64,000 bases of DNA from Selaginella moellendorffii (taxonomy: Eukaryota > Plantae > Lycopodiophyta), in the NCBI RefSeq assembly GCF_000143415.4, contig NW_003314278.1, positions 822,371 to 886,370 on the forward strand, read 5' to 3'. The position numbers and the translations under genes are program-made. Within the stretch, counting starts at the first letter, position 1. Each line of letters starts with the position of its first letter. The notes under the pieces were generated by a model that ran no database searches, had not been told where the DNA came from, and saw nothing but the letters and a program-made list of their open reading frames with translations. Below, one piece after another: positions 32,856 to 46,500 of the stretch.

Positions 32856-34082
32856 AGCCTGTGATGAAAGGAATGCACCCTTCTCCTTGGGACAGCCACA
32901 GCTCCATGGCCGTCGGGTCTAAGCTCTATGTGTTTGGTGGTATTGATGGAACCAGCATGCTCGATGGTCTCTTTGTTTTGGATAATGGTAAGCTCTGAGT
33001 TCTATCATTTTGTTTTTCTCGTTCTTATCATCCAATGCAGCTACCAACACCTGGGGGAAACCCGACGTTTTTGGTGATGTTCCTGCTCCAAGAGAAGGAC
33101 ATAGCGTGTCTCTCATCGGTGACAACCTGTTCGTGTTTGGGGGATGTGGGAAATCCAGCGATCCCTCAGAGTAGGAGTACTACAACGTCCTCCATGTTTT
33201 GAACACGAGTAATATTCTGTTATCTTTCTTTGTTTTCTTCTAAACTTTTTTTTTTCTTATAGATACTTTTGTCTGGAAGAAGATTTCTACCATTGGAGTC
33301 TCACCTATTCCTCGGGATAGCCATACCTGCTCTTCCTATAAGAACTGTTTCGTTGTCACAGGTGGCGAGGACGGTGGTAATCCAGAAACAATGGCATGGT
33401 GGGAGGTAAAGACGACTGGTGCCGAGCTGATGCCAGGAGCTGGGCACACAACAATCAGCCATGGAAAGTTTCTCACTTGTAGGTAGATTTGTTTTCTGTT
33501 GGTCTCTCATGGGGCTTTTACGTATTTTGTAGCGACTGGTGTTTGGGCGACTTCGAATCCCTCTGGTCCCTGGCCTTCTCCACGTTTCTCCCTTGCAGGA
33601 GATTCCGTGGATGCAGAGTGAGGCATATTATTCTTCTATGAGGGATGTAACGAAAAGCTTGAAGCTCTAGATGACATGTATTTCCCTTTTATTGACATTG
33701 CTGCCATTCTTGACAATATGGTTGCTGTTTTTATGTGAAGAGATGCTGAGGGAGAAAGATCCATCAGAACCAAAGCTATCCATGCGTAAGGAACTTAAGA
33801 GAAGGCGGCAAAAGTATCGTGCCACGCCATTCGTGCTAGACAAGCAACGGGATGCGGACAAGATCTCACGGAGGTATCTGTGGAAAACCTTGGACCTCTC
33901 CAATTTTTCCCTGTCAAACTCATGCTACAGAGTTTTAAGCTCACGTTCAGCCGCTAGGCGAGAAGATGTTCGAGGCTAGAGAAAGCGATGTATTCAACTA
34001 CGGATACACGCTAGAAGCGTCCATCGATGGGAAGCTCTTCTGTGGGCTGCTCTTCTCGTACAACCCTGGCTTTGCTCAGGCT
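32856..34082 (+). pseudogene. Kelch-repeat protein fragment (At1g18610/At1g74150-like), intron-containing, 5'-truncated, with nonsense codons
   Basis: Kelch blades PSPWDSHS..LYVFGG and PAPREGHS..LFVFGGCG; C-terminal FEARESDVFNYGYTLEASIDGKLFCGLLF; in-frame stops at 33172 (TAG) and 33619 (TGA); damaged splice sites. Confidence 0.8.
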
Positions 34083-34169
34083 CCTCAGTTACTCTCTAAA
34101 GCCAGGAAGGAAAAAATCACAGGAGGAAACCACAGGACGTCCAAAAGGCCGTAGTAAAGGCCAAACCGT

Positions 34170-34325
34170 GTGTATGCAGCTGCATTGGAGGATTTGGTTG
34201 GGTCGCTGACGCAAGGAAAGTTTGCCGACTTTGTGGTGTTGTCCGAGTCTCCTTTTGGACAGGGCACGGGCATTTTTCCTCGAGTGGTTACGTTCGTTGG
34301 TGGAAATATTGCCTTCCTTTCTTAA
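34170..34325 (+). pseudogene. C-terminal fragment of an amidohydrolase-3 (LAF3-like) gene
   Basis: Translates VYAAALEDLVGSLTQGKFADFVVLSESPF..RVVTFVGG..*; GSLxxGKxADFVVL is the family's C-terminal signature; no upstream exons. Confidence 0.65.
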
Positions 34326-34368
34326 GGCGTTATTCCATAATTATTTGGTCTTTTAAATATAGCATATT

Positions 34369-34530
34369 TGTGAGAAGATTGGTGAGGAGAAAGCAGCCAG
34401 AATCATCAAGCAGCTGGTAAAGACCTTCAAATAGATTTATTTGAGGGGCGTGGTTCACCAGGATCTCAAGCTCGACAACATTCTTTCCAAGCTAAACATG
34501 TGTGACAAAGTGGTGATCAGCACCTTTAGG
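34369..34530 (+). pseudogene. Fragment of a CAMK-group Ser/Thr kinase (subdomains VIa-VIb)
   Basis: EEKAARIIKQLVKTFK*IYLRGVVHQDLKLDNIL; internal stop and HRD changed to HQD. Confidence 0.65.
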
Positions 34531-35132
34531 AGATATCACCACAGCAAAGTACATGGCAGCTTGGTGGAGAACAAGGATTGGAGCTCTACATGGCAGCCTA
34601 CTCTACTTTCTTACAGACAAAGCCATGAACTGTTTTTAAAAAAACCATTTCTGAAGGAATAAGACAGCATTAAATAAACTGTTGTGTATGTATGTGTTTA
34701 TAGACACAACTTTGAAGCCATGAGCTTGGTTTGATTTGGTACATGATATTTGTACATTAACTCAGGGCATAGAAATGATTTTCATGTTTGATTTTATTTA
34801 GTGTTTTGCTCTCTCTTGTAAAGGTTTTAGGTAAAAAACAAAATGTCTATATGTCGTTCCAGATCACGATCCTAAAAACGCTTAAAACATTCAAAAGGAA
34901 GCGTGCAGGCAGAAAACAGTTCAGAAGAGTGACCTGCACATACAAGAATCTCTATTCTATTGTGCTATTGCTATGTTTGCTTGAATACAAAACAGAAAAA
35001 AAAACAAAAAAACTTATCTATAAGAAACTGCATCATTGCATGATGATCTAAACAGAACTAACACCTACCAAAGCTATTCTACTTTGCTGAAATCTACTAG
35101 CCTAATATACAAATTGAAATAACTAGCTGGAA

Positions 35133-37644
35133 ATGGGCCGCAAAAGAAAGCAGAAAACTGTGGATGCCATTTTAGAAGGGGATGTAATTGTAGCAAATGC
35201 TACTGGAAATCAAGAATTCATACCTTTTACCACTAATGTGGAGATTTTTTTGGAAACTAATATGGGCAAAAACAATGTTTGCAGAATATGTGAAACCGGA
35301 GATGTTATGCCAACTGGCAACACCCATGGATTTGTCAAAAATTGCAGCATTAAGATCGACAAGCTGTGAAGGAGTGGTGTAAAAAAGAGTGCTCTCGGCC
35401 TTGAGAACGACTTGGGCATGAAGAAAGTTCGAGTGGCTTAAAAGAAAATGCCAGCAGTAAGTTTCTATTTCCTTTTCACCATTACTAACTTCATTTGCTT
35501 GCGTTTTTCTTTTTTGTATTCTCTGGACATCAACATCTCTTATGTCTATGGCTGGAAAACATTTTTGGTGGCTGCCGAGAACAACTGTGGAATGAAAACA
35601 AGTTGGAAAGAAAAGGAAAACGAGGGAGTTGAAATGTAAAGAAAGAATTGTAAAACATTTATTGCTATATAAATAAAGACCAAAGTTGAATCGAGATCTT
35701 TCGCTAATCATCCAATATATTTAAACGAAAGAGCCTCATTGATCATTGCAGTAGGTGGCCCTAATTATTTTAATCTATATATATAAATTTAATATAATAT
35801 TGGAAGTTTCAAACCAAATAATGAAAAATATGCAGCTTATTCACAATGAAATATTTTAGAATACTGCTCAAGAAACGGAAATAAATTTTTTATAAAAAAA
35901 AAACAATTATAAATGCAATGAGCAACTAATGGGTGGTCTTGATAAATTATTAAAAGAGATAAATCCCTATGCTAATGCATTCAAAAAATGGTAAGAAATA
36001 GAGAATGAAGAGTTAAATTCAACAAATATTCAAGGAGGCATAAGTGATATTGTAATACATATAAAAGGCAATTGGAAAACTGATCCAAGATGATATAATG
36101 CACTAGGTTCAAATGATTTTAAACATTTAGTTGTACAAAGATGGTATTCATTGATGAACTTTTTTATTATGTCTACTATATACGATATTTTAAAAACAAA
36201 AATATGTTCAAATATGTTTAAAAATATAGTATCGAATCAATAAAATACTCTTTCTTCTATAGAACAAAAACTTTATAGAACAAAGAGTATCTGATTAACT
36301 CAATACTACATTATTAAAATTAAACATTTTTTAGTACGAAGATGGTATATAGTACACAAAAGAAAAGATGTACTAAAATATGATATTTTATAGCTTAAAA
36401 TAGAGGAGTAAATATTTCTAGATATTTGTTGTGTAAAATATTTTCTTATTAATAATCTTATGGTATTTATTAATATAAATATAAATGAAATTAAACATAT
36501 TGAGATGTCAATTGGCTAAGATGTAGCTTAAGATTTATATAATATCATAAATTTTCTACCACTTTATCCTACATTTCATTTATACATGAAAAACATAATA
36601 AGGTATAAATATGATTGAGACAACATTAGTACATGGACCATATAAAGAAATTTAATTATATTATATTAAACCTTCTATATACCATTCATGAATTTTCTGA
36701 TATATTATAGTTCTAGCATAAAGAAAAGTTTATATATCATCAAACTCTACTCTACCCCAGTATAGAGTAAAACATTACCATTCATTTATCATCATAAAAT
36801 TTCAGCATTCATAACAGTGTTATAAAGCCTTAATTTTAAATATAAATACATGAATATAGGGAGATAATAATCTTATTTCAGATTTATAAAAACAACTACA
36901 GAAATAATGTTTATGGTATTAATAGAATAATTTCTATTTTAAATATTACTCTCAAAATATGAATATAAATATTAGGTAAAAAGGGAATATCAATGATAAA
37001 TATGTAAAATATTATAATTTTATAAAAGAAAATATAACACATAAAGCTAACATCTTTCACTTATTATCATGCAATTCCAAAACTTTCAGTCTGAAATGAT
37101 GAAAAGAGAAACTCCATAATAATGTTTATATTTTTTAAATTTAAAAGATGTATGCACTTTAGATGAGTTTTTAAATATATATTAAATATATTTTTAACAT
37201 CATTATATTTGAGTGAAATTAAGTAACACATATTTTATTAAGAGGAAAAATTATAGAGTTTAATAAATCATCAAATAAAAATATTTTTATCAATTATATA
37301 GAGATTTCAAATAAAAGAAAAACTTAGTTATTAAACAAATGACTCATCTGGCCATGGGATCCCACAGTGAGAAATTCCATTTATAGAATATCCAAGACTT
37401 CATTCAACAATCAGAATTTTAAATATGATATAATGTACTGAGTTATATTTATTATGTTATGATGTGTGTTGGTGATAGAATCAATTGTAGAAGAGAATTT
37501 TAATATAAAGATTATGTTATGTTTAACTATATATCTTATAATTATAATTGTGTTAAAAATTACAATTACACTTACAACTCTTTGAAATTATTAAAATATA
37601 AAAAATAAAGACAATGCTCCCAACGTAGCTGGGACTTTTGCTAG
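35133..37644 (+). mobile_element. Decayed Helitron: RepHel N-terminal remnant plus intact-looking 3' end (5' end not located)
   Basis: About 35750-36115 translates, with stops, as GGPNYF..IGSFKP..AYSQ*NILE and CNEQLMGGLDKLLKEINPYANAFK..DPR*YNA, matching the Helitron pattern GPxxFRIxGQxYHxIGSL..YAQLYIxD..LxxxNPY..FK..DxRRYN; hairpin TCCCA-n7-TGGGA (37618-37634) followed by CTAG (37641-37644) and T. Confidence 0.72.
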
Positions 37645-40622
37645 TCCTTCGATATTTAAAAGAGCAAGGGCGACATATTCAATCAAGATTCTTTTCGAGC
37701 TTAATGGTGGAGATGAAGACACGTGGGAAAAATGTTTTTATTTTTTTAGGGTAAACTAGTTTTTTCGATGGTAAACCTGTTTTTCTGAAGCATTTTTCCA
37801 GAAGCACTTATGTAATTCAGCATTTCACCGCGGTTGCACACCATGAGGTTTGCTGCTCTCATCAACCAAGTATGAGATGAGTTTATCAAATTTATCTTGT
37901 GGTGATGTTTCTTCTTTTTTTGCTGCCAGAAATGCCATGTGGTCCGTTAATGGCAAGGGTACTCTTGAATAGTATTTGATAAACTTTCGGTAATAGTTGC
38001 ATAGCCCCAGGAATGCCTTTAACTCGTGTACATTCAATGGTCACTCCCAATCCTGGATCGCTTGGACCTTCTCAAGGTCCACCTTGAGCCCGTCCTTGCC
38101 CACCACATGTTTGAGAAACTTTACCTCTTGTTGAGCAAAGTCACATTTGCTCTCTTTAGCATACAGCTGGTGTTCCCTTAGTTTCTCAAACACCTTTGTC
38201 AAGTGTTCGGCATGCTTTTCTAGCGTTTTGCTATAGATCAAGATGTCGTCAATATAGACAACCACAAAGTGATCCAGATAAGGTACAAAGATGTGGTTTA
38301 TTAACGCCAAAAACGTTGCCAACACATTGCATAGCCCAAAGGGCATCACTAGAAACTCAAAGCTCCCATACCTTGTTCGACAGGTTGTCTTCTTGACATC
38401 TTCTTCTACTACCCTGATTTGGTAGTATCCTGACGTTAGGTCAATCCTCGAGAAGTATTTTGCCTTTCCCAACCTATCAAACAGGTCCTCAATCCTTGAT
38501 AAAGGGTACTTGTTCTTTTTGGTATACTTGTTGAGCAACCGATAGTCTATGCACATACGCATAGATCCATCTTTCTTTTTCACAAATAACACTGGCGCCC
38601 CATACGGCGACTTGCTCAACCTAACATACCCTTTGTCCACCAACTCCTTTAGTTGGCGTTTGAGCTCCTCGAGTTTTTTTTCGTTCAAATAGTAGGGGGG
38701 ACGAACCACCGCCTCAGCACCCTTGACTAGCTCAATCTTATGTTCTATCGGTCGTGTGGGGGGCAACCCCGTTGGTAGCTCCTCTGGCATGGTATCCTGG
38801 AATTAATCCAACACCCGCTAGATCACTAAAGGTACTTCTTCCGTTCTCATCTTTTTGTCACTCTTCACTGAGAGTAAGCACAAAAATGCTACCTTGGTTC
38901 CTTCAGTGAGTTGTCCTTTTGTGGACACCAGGTTTAGGCAGGAATTTTTGACCTTGCATTGCCCTACCTTTAGATCCTGGGCCTCCACCTTGGATCTTCT
39001 TCCTTGGGCATTCGCTAGTACCTTTCCATGCAGGGCTACCACGAACTGATTGAACCAATCCATCCCGAAGATCATGTCAAATCCCGCCATGTCTAGTACG
39101 GTGAAATCCATGTCTACTTTCCATGTCCCTACTTCGACTCTTGCTTGTCGAAGTACCTCATTAGTGCTTTGGCTACTTTGAACAAACTCTATAGTCTTTG
39201 GTTCGCCTAGCTACTGCACCATTAGTCTGGCTTGCCGGACTATGTCTGCAGCCAAAAAATTATCCGAAGCACCCGTGTTAATAAGGATCTTAACAAAGTT
39301 ACCTCCGAGCTTCCTTCAGAGGGCTAGTAGATATCGCAAATGACTCTTTACCAAAGTTGCTCGTGTAATGAATAACTTTGAGCTAGGGACTGGATCACAT
39401 ACCTTAATTTGGATTTCACCCGACTTAATGTCCATATTGGCTCTGGCCTTCTTCGGGTAGGGACATTCCCTTGAAAAGTGTCCCGCTTCACCGCAGTTGT
39501 AATGTTTCCCACGCTGCTAAATGATTTAACTTTCTTATCTGTGGGTTTGTCTCTTTTCGCTTGACTCCCCTACGTACTTGCTCGCAGGCCCCGGATTTGT
39601 TTTTCCGGAACCCAGAGGACTCATTCTTAGAGAAACTCTTCTTGAATTTCCCTTTGCTATACGTTCCCCTTGGTTTGGCCCCTTTGTTAAACGTGGACCC
39701 TGACCCCGTCGTGTTCCCCTTTCGTAGGTTATCATTGAAATGCACTTTGATGGCCGCATCCAATGCTTCCTTGTAGTTGGTCGGGTTCTAGCGCATCACC
39801 TCACCTCGAGCCCAGGTTTGCAAGCCTGATATGAAGGCATGGAACGCATCCATATCCCCTATATCTGTGACAAGTATCTTCTTTGCCATAAACCAATTCA
39901 TATACTCCTAAATGGTTTCGTCTGCTTTAGCCTACTCAGCTTGTCTCTTAGATGCAGAGTAGCATTCGGAGGGATATAAATCGCGTGGATCCTCACCTTC
40001 ATCATTTCCCAAGTGGGCATTGGTCCTTCGTTGGCCTCTGTCGTTCTCCACCAAGACTTGGCATTATCTCCAAGTATAGTTTTGCACATGGGACCTTCTC
40101 CGAGCTCGGTAACTGCAATGCTCAGAAGTAGTCCTCCATATCGTAAAACCAATCCTCCACCACTTTATAGTCGTTCACTCCTTTGAAGACCGGTGGGGGC
40201 TTTGGTTTGTACTTAGGAATTGCCTAAGGGATTGATTCCACTTCGGTTTGTTCGACCTTGTTTGGTTTTGCCTTAGTCTCTGCCGAAGGGTCTGCAACTT
40301 CTGCGCTGCCAGCATCTGCCATCTTTTGCCTTTTCTTCCGCTTCTCGTCACGCTTTAGCCTGCGTACGAGAGTCTCCAGCAGAAACATCCAATCAAGCCT
40401 TGGATGACCGAACCTTACCACCGGACTCCTGTTTGGAAGTTTCCTCATTGGAGTCCTCTTCATGCAAGGATTCCTCATCCATAGCCTCTCATTCGACCAG
40501 AGGCTCCAGCTCTAGAGGAGGTTCTGTCTCTGCCTTGGTTCATTTCCGCCCTGCATTTGCCATCTCCCAGCAATCCGCCTCTATCCTCCGCTAGAACTGA
40601 GGAAAAGACTCTGATACCAAAT

Positions 40623-41738
40623 TATAAGCCACAAATTTTTCCTTTCTAATTTGCCAGTTTACCTCATCTATCCATCCAACACTGTTTTGGTTTTTGCTAA
40701 GTTCCCTCGCCAAGGTTCCCGCCTATGGTACCAGCTCCTACTTGGTCCTACTTGGTTTTAGCTACTCACTGCACGAGCAACAAAGCATTACCCATCCATG
40801 GATTCCCAAATCTTTCCCAATCCCTCTCCCTGGTTAGACTGGACTTAAGGTTCGGCTACACTCCCCGCAGACACAAACAGCCAAGCACACAAAGCCTCTA
40901 GGTTCCTAACATTTCTTGGTACCACAAGACTTGATCATGGGACCCTCTAAATCCCAAGTCTTGGGTGCAACACTTGCTTCGGGACGCTAGGGCGAAACAC
41001 TTTGGCCTAGCAGCCCGGTATGGGTACCTCTACCCCCCCACTTCTATCTTCAAGGGAAGGCCCAAGCCCCTAGGAAGGGCAAGGACCAATGAGCCGCAAG
41101 GTACTCAAGTGGGGCACCACTTCACATGAGCTGGGAGCACCGTGGTCGGTTTCCCTTTCAGGAGTGGGAGTTGCTCTTGAGCACTTTCTGGGGTGGCCCT
41201 TCCGATACCACCCAAGTCCATGCTCACTCCCACCCAAGGCCCCTCGGCCCCAGTCTCAACCTCAAGTCAGTTTGGAAGCACCACTGGAGAGTTCCTTCAA
41301 GACTGGTTCCTGGACCTCACTATCCCTACTATACTTTTGGAATCCCCCACATCCCCCCCCCCCGGGAGATGCACGCTTTGGGCTTTCACCCCTTGACCCG
41401 TATTAGTACTGGGACTCGGTCTCGGACTCGATCTCGGACTCAATCTCAGACCTGACTTTGGACTCGGTCTCAGACTTGATCTCGGACTCGATCTCAGACC
41501 CGATCTCGGACTCGACTTCGGACTTGACCTCGGACTCGGTCTCAGACCCGATTCAGATCTCGAACTCGGTCTCGAACTCGGTCTTAGACTCGATCCCGGA
41601 CTCTATCTCGAACTCGGTCTCAGAGTCGGTCTTGGACTCGATCTTCGACTCAGTCCCATCCGATAAACTCTTTGTCATTTCGGTCATGCTTTCGAGGATC
41701 CTTTAGCCTACGACACCTCGAGGAGTTGGTTTCTTACA
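40623..41738 (-). repeat. 5' LTR of element 1 (about 1.1 kb)
   Basis: Begins TATAAG (from TGTAAG) next to the PBS and ends CTTACA, forming an inverted terminal repeat. Confidence 0.75.
41410..41655. repeat. 12-bp tandem array (consensus CTCGGACTCGAT) inside the element 1 LTR
   Basis: About 20 imperfect units. Confidence 0.9.
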
Positions 41739-41745
41739 AAGTTAG

Positions 41746-41973
41746 TGTAAGCAATAAATTTTCCTTTTCCAATTTGACAGCTTACCTCATCTATCTAACC
41801 ATCTTTGCCTTAGCCTCAGTTAAGTTCCCTTGCCAAGATTCATACCTATTGTACCAGCTTCTACTTGGACCTACTTGAATTCAACTACTCACTTAAAATT
41901 TGGCTATACTCCCCCTAGACATAAACAACTAAATATACCAAGCCTTTAAGTTTTTAACATCCCTTGATACAAC
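41746..41973 (-). repeat. Left piece of a second, older element-1-family LTR split by element 2
   Basis: Starts TGTAAGC and aligns by eye to 40623-40925. Confidence 0.75.
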
Positions 41974-42898
41974 TGTAGCGCACCTGAATTTTGGAGCCGA
42001 ACTCCAAGCCTGTTGCGCTACGAAATGAGGGTCCGGTACAATCCTACGAGCACCAGCTCCCCGTATCCAGCACCTGCACGCAAAATGGTGTCAGACGGAG
42101 TCTGGCACGATTTTGGCATACCGGTGGCCTGACACGAGAAGGAGGGTACTCCACCGACTAGAGTAGCGTGGAGCTTGGGCTTAGACCCAAGCCGGACGCA
42201 GAACAAGGAGCGACACAGCCCAGCGGGAGCCAAACTAATGTCTCAGGTGGTCGGACATGCATTCCAACCACTATCCCTACTATACATTTGGAACCCCCTA
42301 CAGCCCCCCCCCCCCCCCTTGAGGAACACACGCTTTGGGCTTTCACCCCAAGCCACCCTTAGTACCAGGAGTTAGTCTTTAGGACAAGTACGAAACTTAC
42401 TAAATATGGAATGGCCTTAGATTGCGAATTTGGACACGGGACGAACACCATTGTGTTCAGGCCGACCTCTACATTCCGTAGACATGCCAAATGAGCGAAT
42501 CTAGACACTTTCCATAATTAGCACTTGGGACCAAAATGAGACTAACACAAAGGGCGTGATAGCGAGGGTGTTTGGCAGACACGGTAAGTTATCATCCGGC
42601 GATATTGAGGGACTAGTCTCAATACGCGAGGGTTCTTGCCAAGCCAGTGCAAGATAGAGCAAAAGAGAACTAAAAAGCCGGGCCAAGTATGCTTGGCCAA
42701 ATAGACACTTAGGAATTCCGTCCTTATGCTCATCCAGCCAAGTACAGATGCTAAGTCTAGTTTACTAACACTTGGACAATTGGGGCCAATAAAGGGAACC
42801 AGCAGTACCGACCTCCTGCCGTCATGGCAGTAAGGAAAGAGTGCCCGTAAGGACTGGTCGACAAGTATCTTTCGATACCCGAAGTCACATTCGCGACA
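41974..42898 (-). repeat. 3' LTR of element 2 (925 bp, TG...CA)
   Basis: Direct repeat of 48413-49343; adjacent to the PPT. Confidence 0.95.
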
Positions 42899-43511
42899 CT
42901 CTCCCCCCCTTGGGGAAAATCGACGTCCTCGTCGATGTATACCCGAGTCTAGCAAACTGTCAAGGAAACAACTCCAAAAGTTAACGGAAAGCACACTATG
43001 TGGGAAACACACCGACTTAAATGAGTTATGGAACGACCTCTCCTCTACGTCCAAAGACGTTAAGACTCAGACACCCTCCAGCCGTCACCGACAAGGAAAT
43101 GACTAACAGAGTTAGCCACCCTTGCTGCTCCGAGTACCACTCGGCTTACAAAGGAATGATACATCCCTGGCCGCAGGGATATAGGGAGAAGGCCAGAGGC
43201 GCAACTTCCCCTGAGCAAGAAATCAACCCCATCGGGAAGATTTAGACAACTATTATAAACTGGCAGATGAAGTTGTTTACACGACCATGCCCCTTTGTTC
43301 GAAAAATGAGTCAACGAGAGAGAGGCAGGGACTTGTGATCAGTCTATAATAGTTATCCCCATGGTTATGGATTGGACCCATGCACTGAAGTGCCGAAGTC
43401 AGCCTGCCAAAATTGACCCAAGTATTATCGAATGAGAGAAATGACACTTTGAGTTATAGAAATATATATTTTATTGATTTGCAAGATTTATTACAAGATT
43501 TTTTACAAAAG

Positions 43512-46500
43512 CTAGTGTTTATTACTATTCTCATACTCCGTGACAAGCTCACGAGCATGGGTAAGATTACTAAGAGGCTCCCAAGTTGATTCACAAGTTG
43601 GGTAACCTTTCCACTTAACTAGATACTCCCGACGTTTGGCACGTTTAAGCCGCGTGAATCCAAAATAGCTTCTACTTCATATTCAGGTTCACCATCCACA
43701 ACGTCTGGCGGTGGACGAATCTCCCGTTGACATGCAACATCCATAGTGTAAGGAGCCAATAAATTGGCATGAAATACATTATGAACATTGGACATCTCCA
43801 CAGGCAGATCCAACCGATAGGATACATCACCAATGCGTTTTAGCACCTGATAGGGTCCAACATATCTCGACAAGAGCTTCCGAGACAAAGAACCCTTAAT
43901 GTTCAAGTTTCGGGAAGATAGCCACACCTGATCTCCCACTTGATAGGATACATCCCGACGATGCTGATCCTTATCACGTTGATACCTATCCTGAGCCTTG
44001 CCCATCGCCTCAGTAGCTCTAGACCAACCTTGGCGTAGCTACTCTGCATAAGTCTCAACGGCTGGGACCAACACTTCGGTCATTGGTTTTGGTACAACGA
44101 TTTGTTGAGGAACCCCATGAGCATTCCCTTGCAGCATCTCCCATGGAGAACAGCCTATAGCGCTATGAAATGTGTTGTTATAACAAATTTCTGCTATATC
44201 CAAATGCTCAACCCAGTCGCGTTGGTCCGCCGCAACATAGTACCGTAGATAATCCTCAACTTGAGCATTCACGTGTTCGGTCTGCCCATCAGTCTGAGGA
44301 TGATAAGCCGTACTAAACTTCAACTTGGTACCGAACAGCTGGAACAGTGTGCCCCAAAACTTCCCCGTAAACCTCGAATCTCTATCCGAGATCATCTCTT
44401 CAGGAAGACCACGAACTCGCACTACTTCATGGAAAAAGAGCTTTGCTGCTTGTTTCGCATTCACTGTTCCTACAGTTGGAATGAAGTGTGCAATCTTCGA
44501 CAACCGATCCACAACCACCATCAAAGTATCATGACCCTTAGACTTCGGCAAGCAAGTGACGAAATCAAGTGTCACACTCTGAAATGGCCATGCCGGTGCT
44601 GGAATGCACTGCAACTTTCCAGCCTGCTTCTCAGTTCTGCGCTTACATTGCTGGCATATAGGGCAGGAACGAACATAATCCGCTACATCACCTTCCATAC
44701 CAGACCAGAAAAATCCCTTTTTCAATGAAGCCAGAGTCTTTCGCTTCCCACCATGTCCCACTGCTGGAACATCATGATGTTCCCTCAAAAATAACTGTTG
44801 AAGATCCTTAGAGGGAAGATACAATCTTTCTTTCTTATAGAATATAAGCCCGTCTCGAACTGAGAAGTGAAGCTTTGCATTAGTGCGACTAGCAACTTTT
44901 GCTGCTTCGCTACCAGGGCTCTGCTTCAACAACCCCACACGGCATAAGATTGCCTTCGCCAATGGATCACTTCCATACGAAGCCCGGACGTCCTTCAACC
45001 AATCTGGACTGATTGCCGATATTGCCCGGAATTGAGCTTGACGACTCAACGCATCCGGAACAATATTGTCTTTACCAGGTTTATATATGATTTCAATATC
45101 ATATCTGGCAAGCTTCTCTTGCCAACGAGCCTGCTTCGGCGTAAGCTTAGGCTGCGTAGCAAAGTAGCTTAGTGTGTTACTATCCGTATAAACCTTGGTA
45201 TGTCCACCCAAGTAGTGTCTCCAGTGTTCCAGGGCCGACACTATAGCAAACATCTCTTTCTCATGCGTTGGCCATCTTTGTTGGGTTTCATCCAATTTCT
45301 TGGAATAGAATGCAACGGGACAACCATGTCGCCTTAGCGTAACACCAACCGCTTTGTCACAATCTTGCTGTAACACGGCACCAATAGCATAACCAGATGC
45401 ATCACAATGCACTTCGAAGGGTTTATCAGGATCTGGGATCCTGAGAACAGGAACTGTAGTCAAGATCTCCTTCAACCGTACAAAAGCACGCTGACAAGCT
45501 GGTGTCCAATGAAACGGAATACTACTCTTCGTCAACTCAGTCAACGGAAGAGCAATTCTTGCAAAATTGCGGACAAACTTGCGATAGTATCCCGCCAATC
45601 CGAGAAAGGAACAAACATCTGACACAGTGGTCAGGACTTCCCAGGACTTCACCGCTTCCACCTTCTTTGGATCGACCTCAATCACGCCACCACCAACTAT
45701 ATGTCTGAGAAAGTTTACGTGCAATTGACCAAAAGCGCATTTACTTTCCTTAGCATATAGTTTGTGTTCGCGCAACTTCTGAAACACCAGCTCCAAGTGT
45801 TTCAAATGATCCTCCAACGTTTCGCTGAAGACTAGAACATCGTCGATATATAGGACAACAAATGTGTCCAGATAATCTCCAAATATTCTATCCATCATAG
45901 TGTTGAACGTTGCCGGAGCATTGCATAACCCGAACGGCATGACAAGGAACTCATAAGATCTGTACCGAGTTTTAAAGGCTATCTTCTCCACATCTTGATC
46001 CACCACCCGTATCTGATGATACCTGGACCGCAAATCAAGTCGTGTAAAATACTTAGCCTTTAAGAGTTGGTCAAACAAGTCATCAATGCGAGGCAATGGA
46101 TAACTGTTTTTAACCGTGATCTTGTTGAGTGCCCGATAGTCAATACACATCCTCATGGTTCCATCCTTTTTCATAACAAAAAGGATCGGCGCTCCATAAG
46201 GTGACTTGCTTGGTCGGATATGACTTTTGTCAAGAAGCTCCGTGAGTTGCTTCTTGAGTTCAGCCATCTCCTTGATGTTCAACCGATATGGAGCTTTCGT
46301 AGGTGGTTTAGAACCCGGAATAACTTCAATCCGATGATCAACCTCACGGCTAGGTGGTAGCCCTGGTGGCAAATCCTTCGGAAAGATATCCTGATTCCAC
46401 GTCAACAACTCCAATATCTTCTTTGGTACAGGATCAACCCCGTCGCCAATTCGAATTGAGTCACCAACACCCTCAGCTTCCATCACTTGAACCCATAAGG

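Larger units (their letters stand above)
37940..41738 (-). mobile_element. Ty3/Gypsy element 1: 5' LTR, PBS, decayed gag, protease and RT; truncated just after RT
   Basis: RT ORF 38041-38790 ([30 protein letters not shown]); zinc-knuckle remnant CGEAGHFSRECP; protease ILINTGAS; PBS TGGTATCAGAG at about 40609-40619; multiple stops. Confidence 0.9.

Noticed and set aside
41410-41655. CRISPR-like appearance of the regular repeat arrays
   Set aside because: Contiguous 12-mers with no unique spacers, no cas genes, and a eukaryotic LTR context.
42272-42349. Hammerhead ribozyme or retrozyme in the LTR box (GAAA hairpin)
   Set aside because: No CUGANGA core found at a suitable distance on either strand by eye; a covariance search would settle it.
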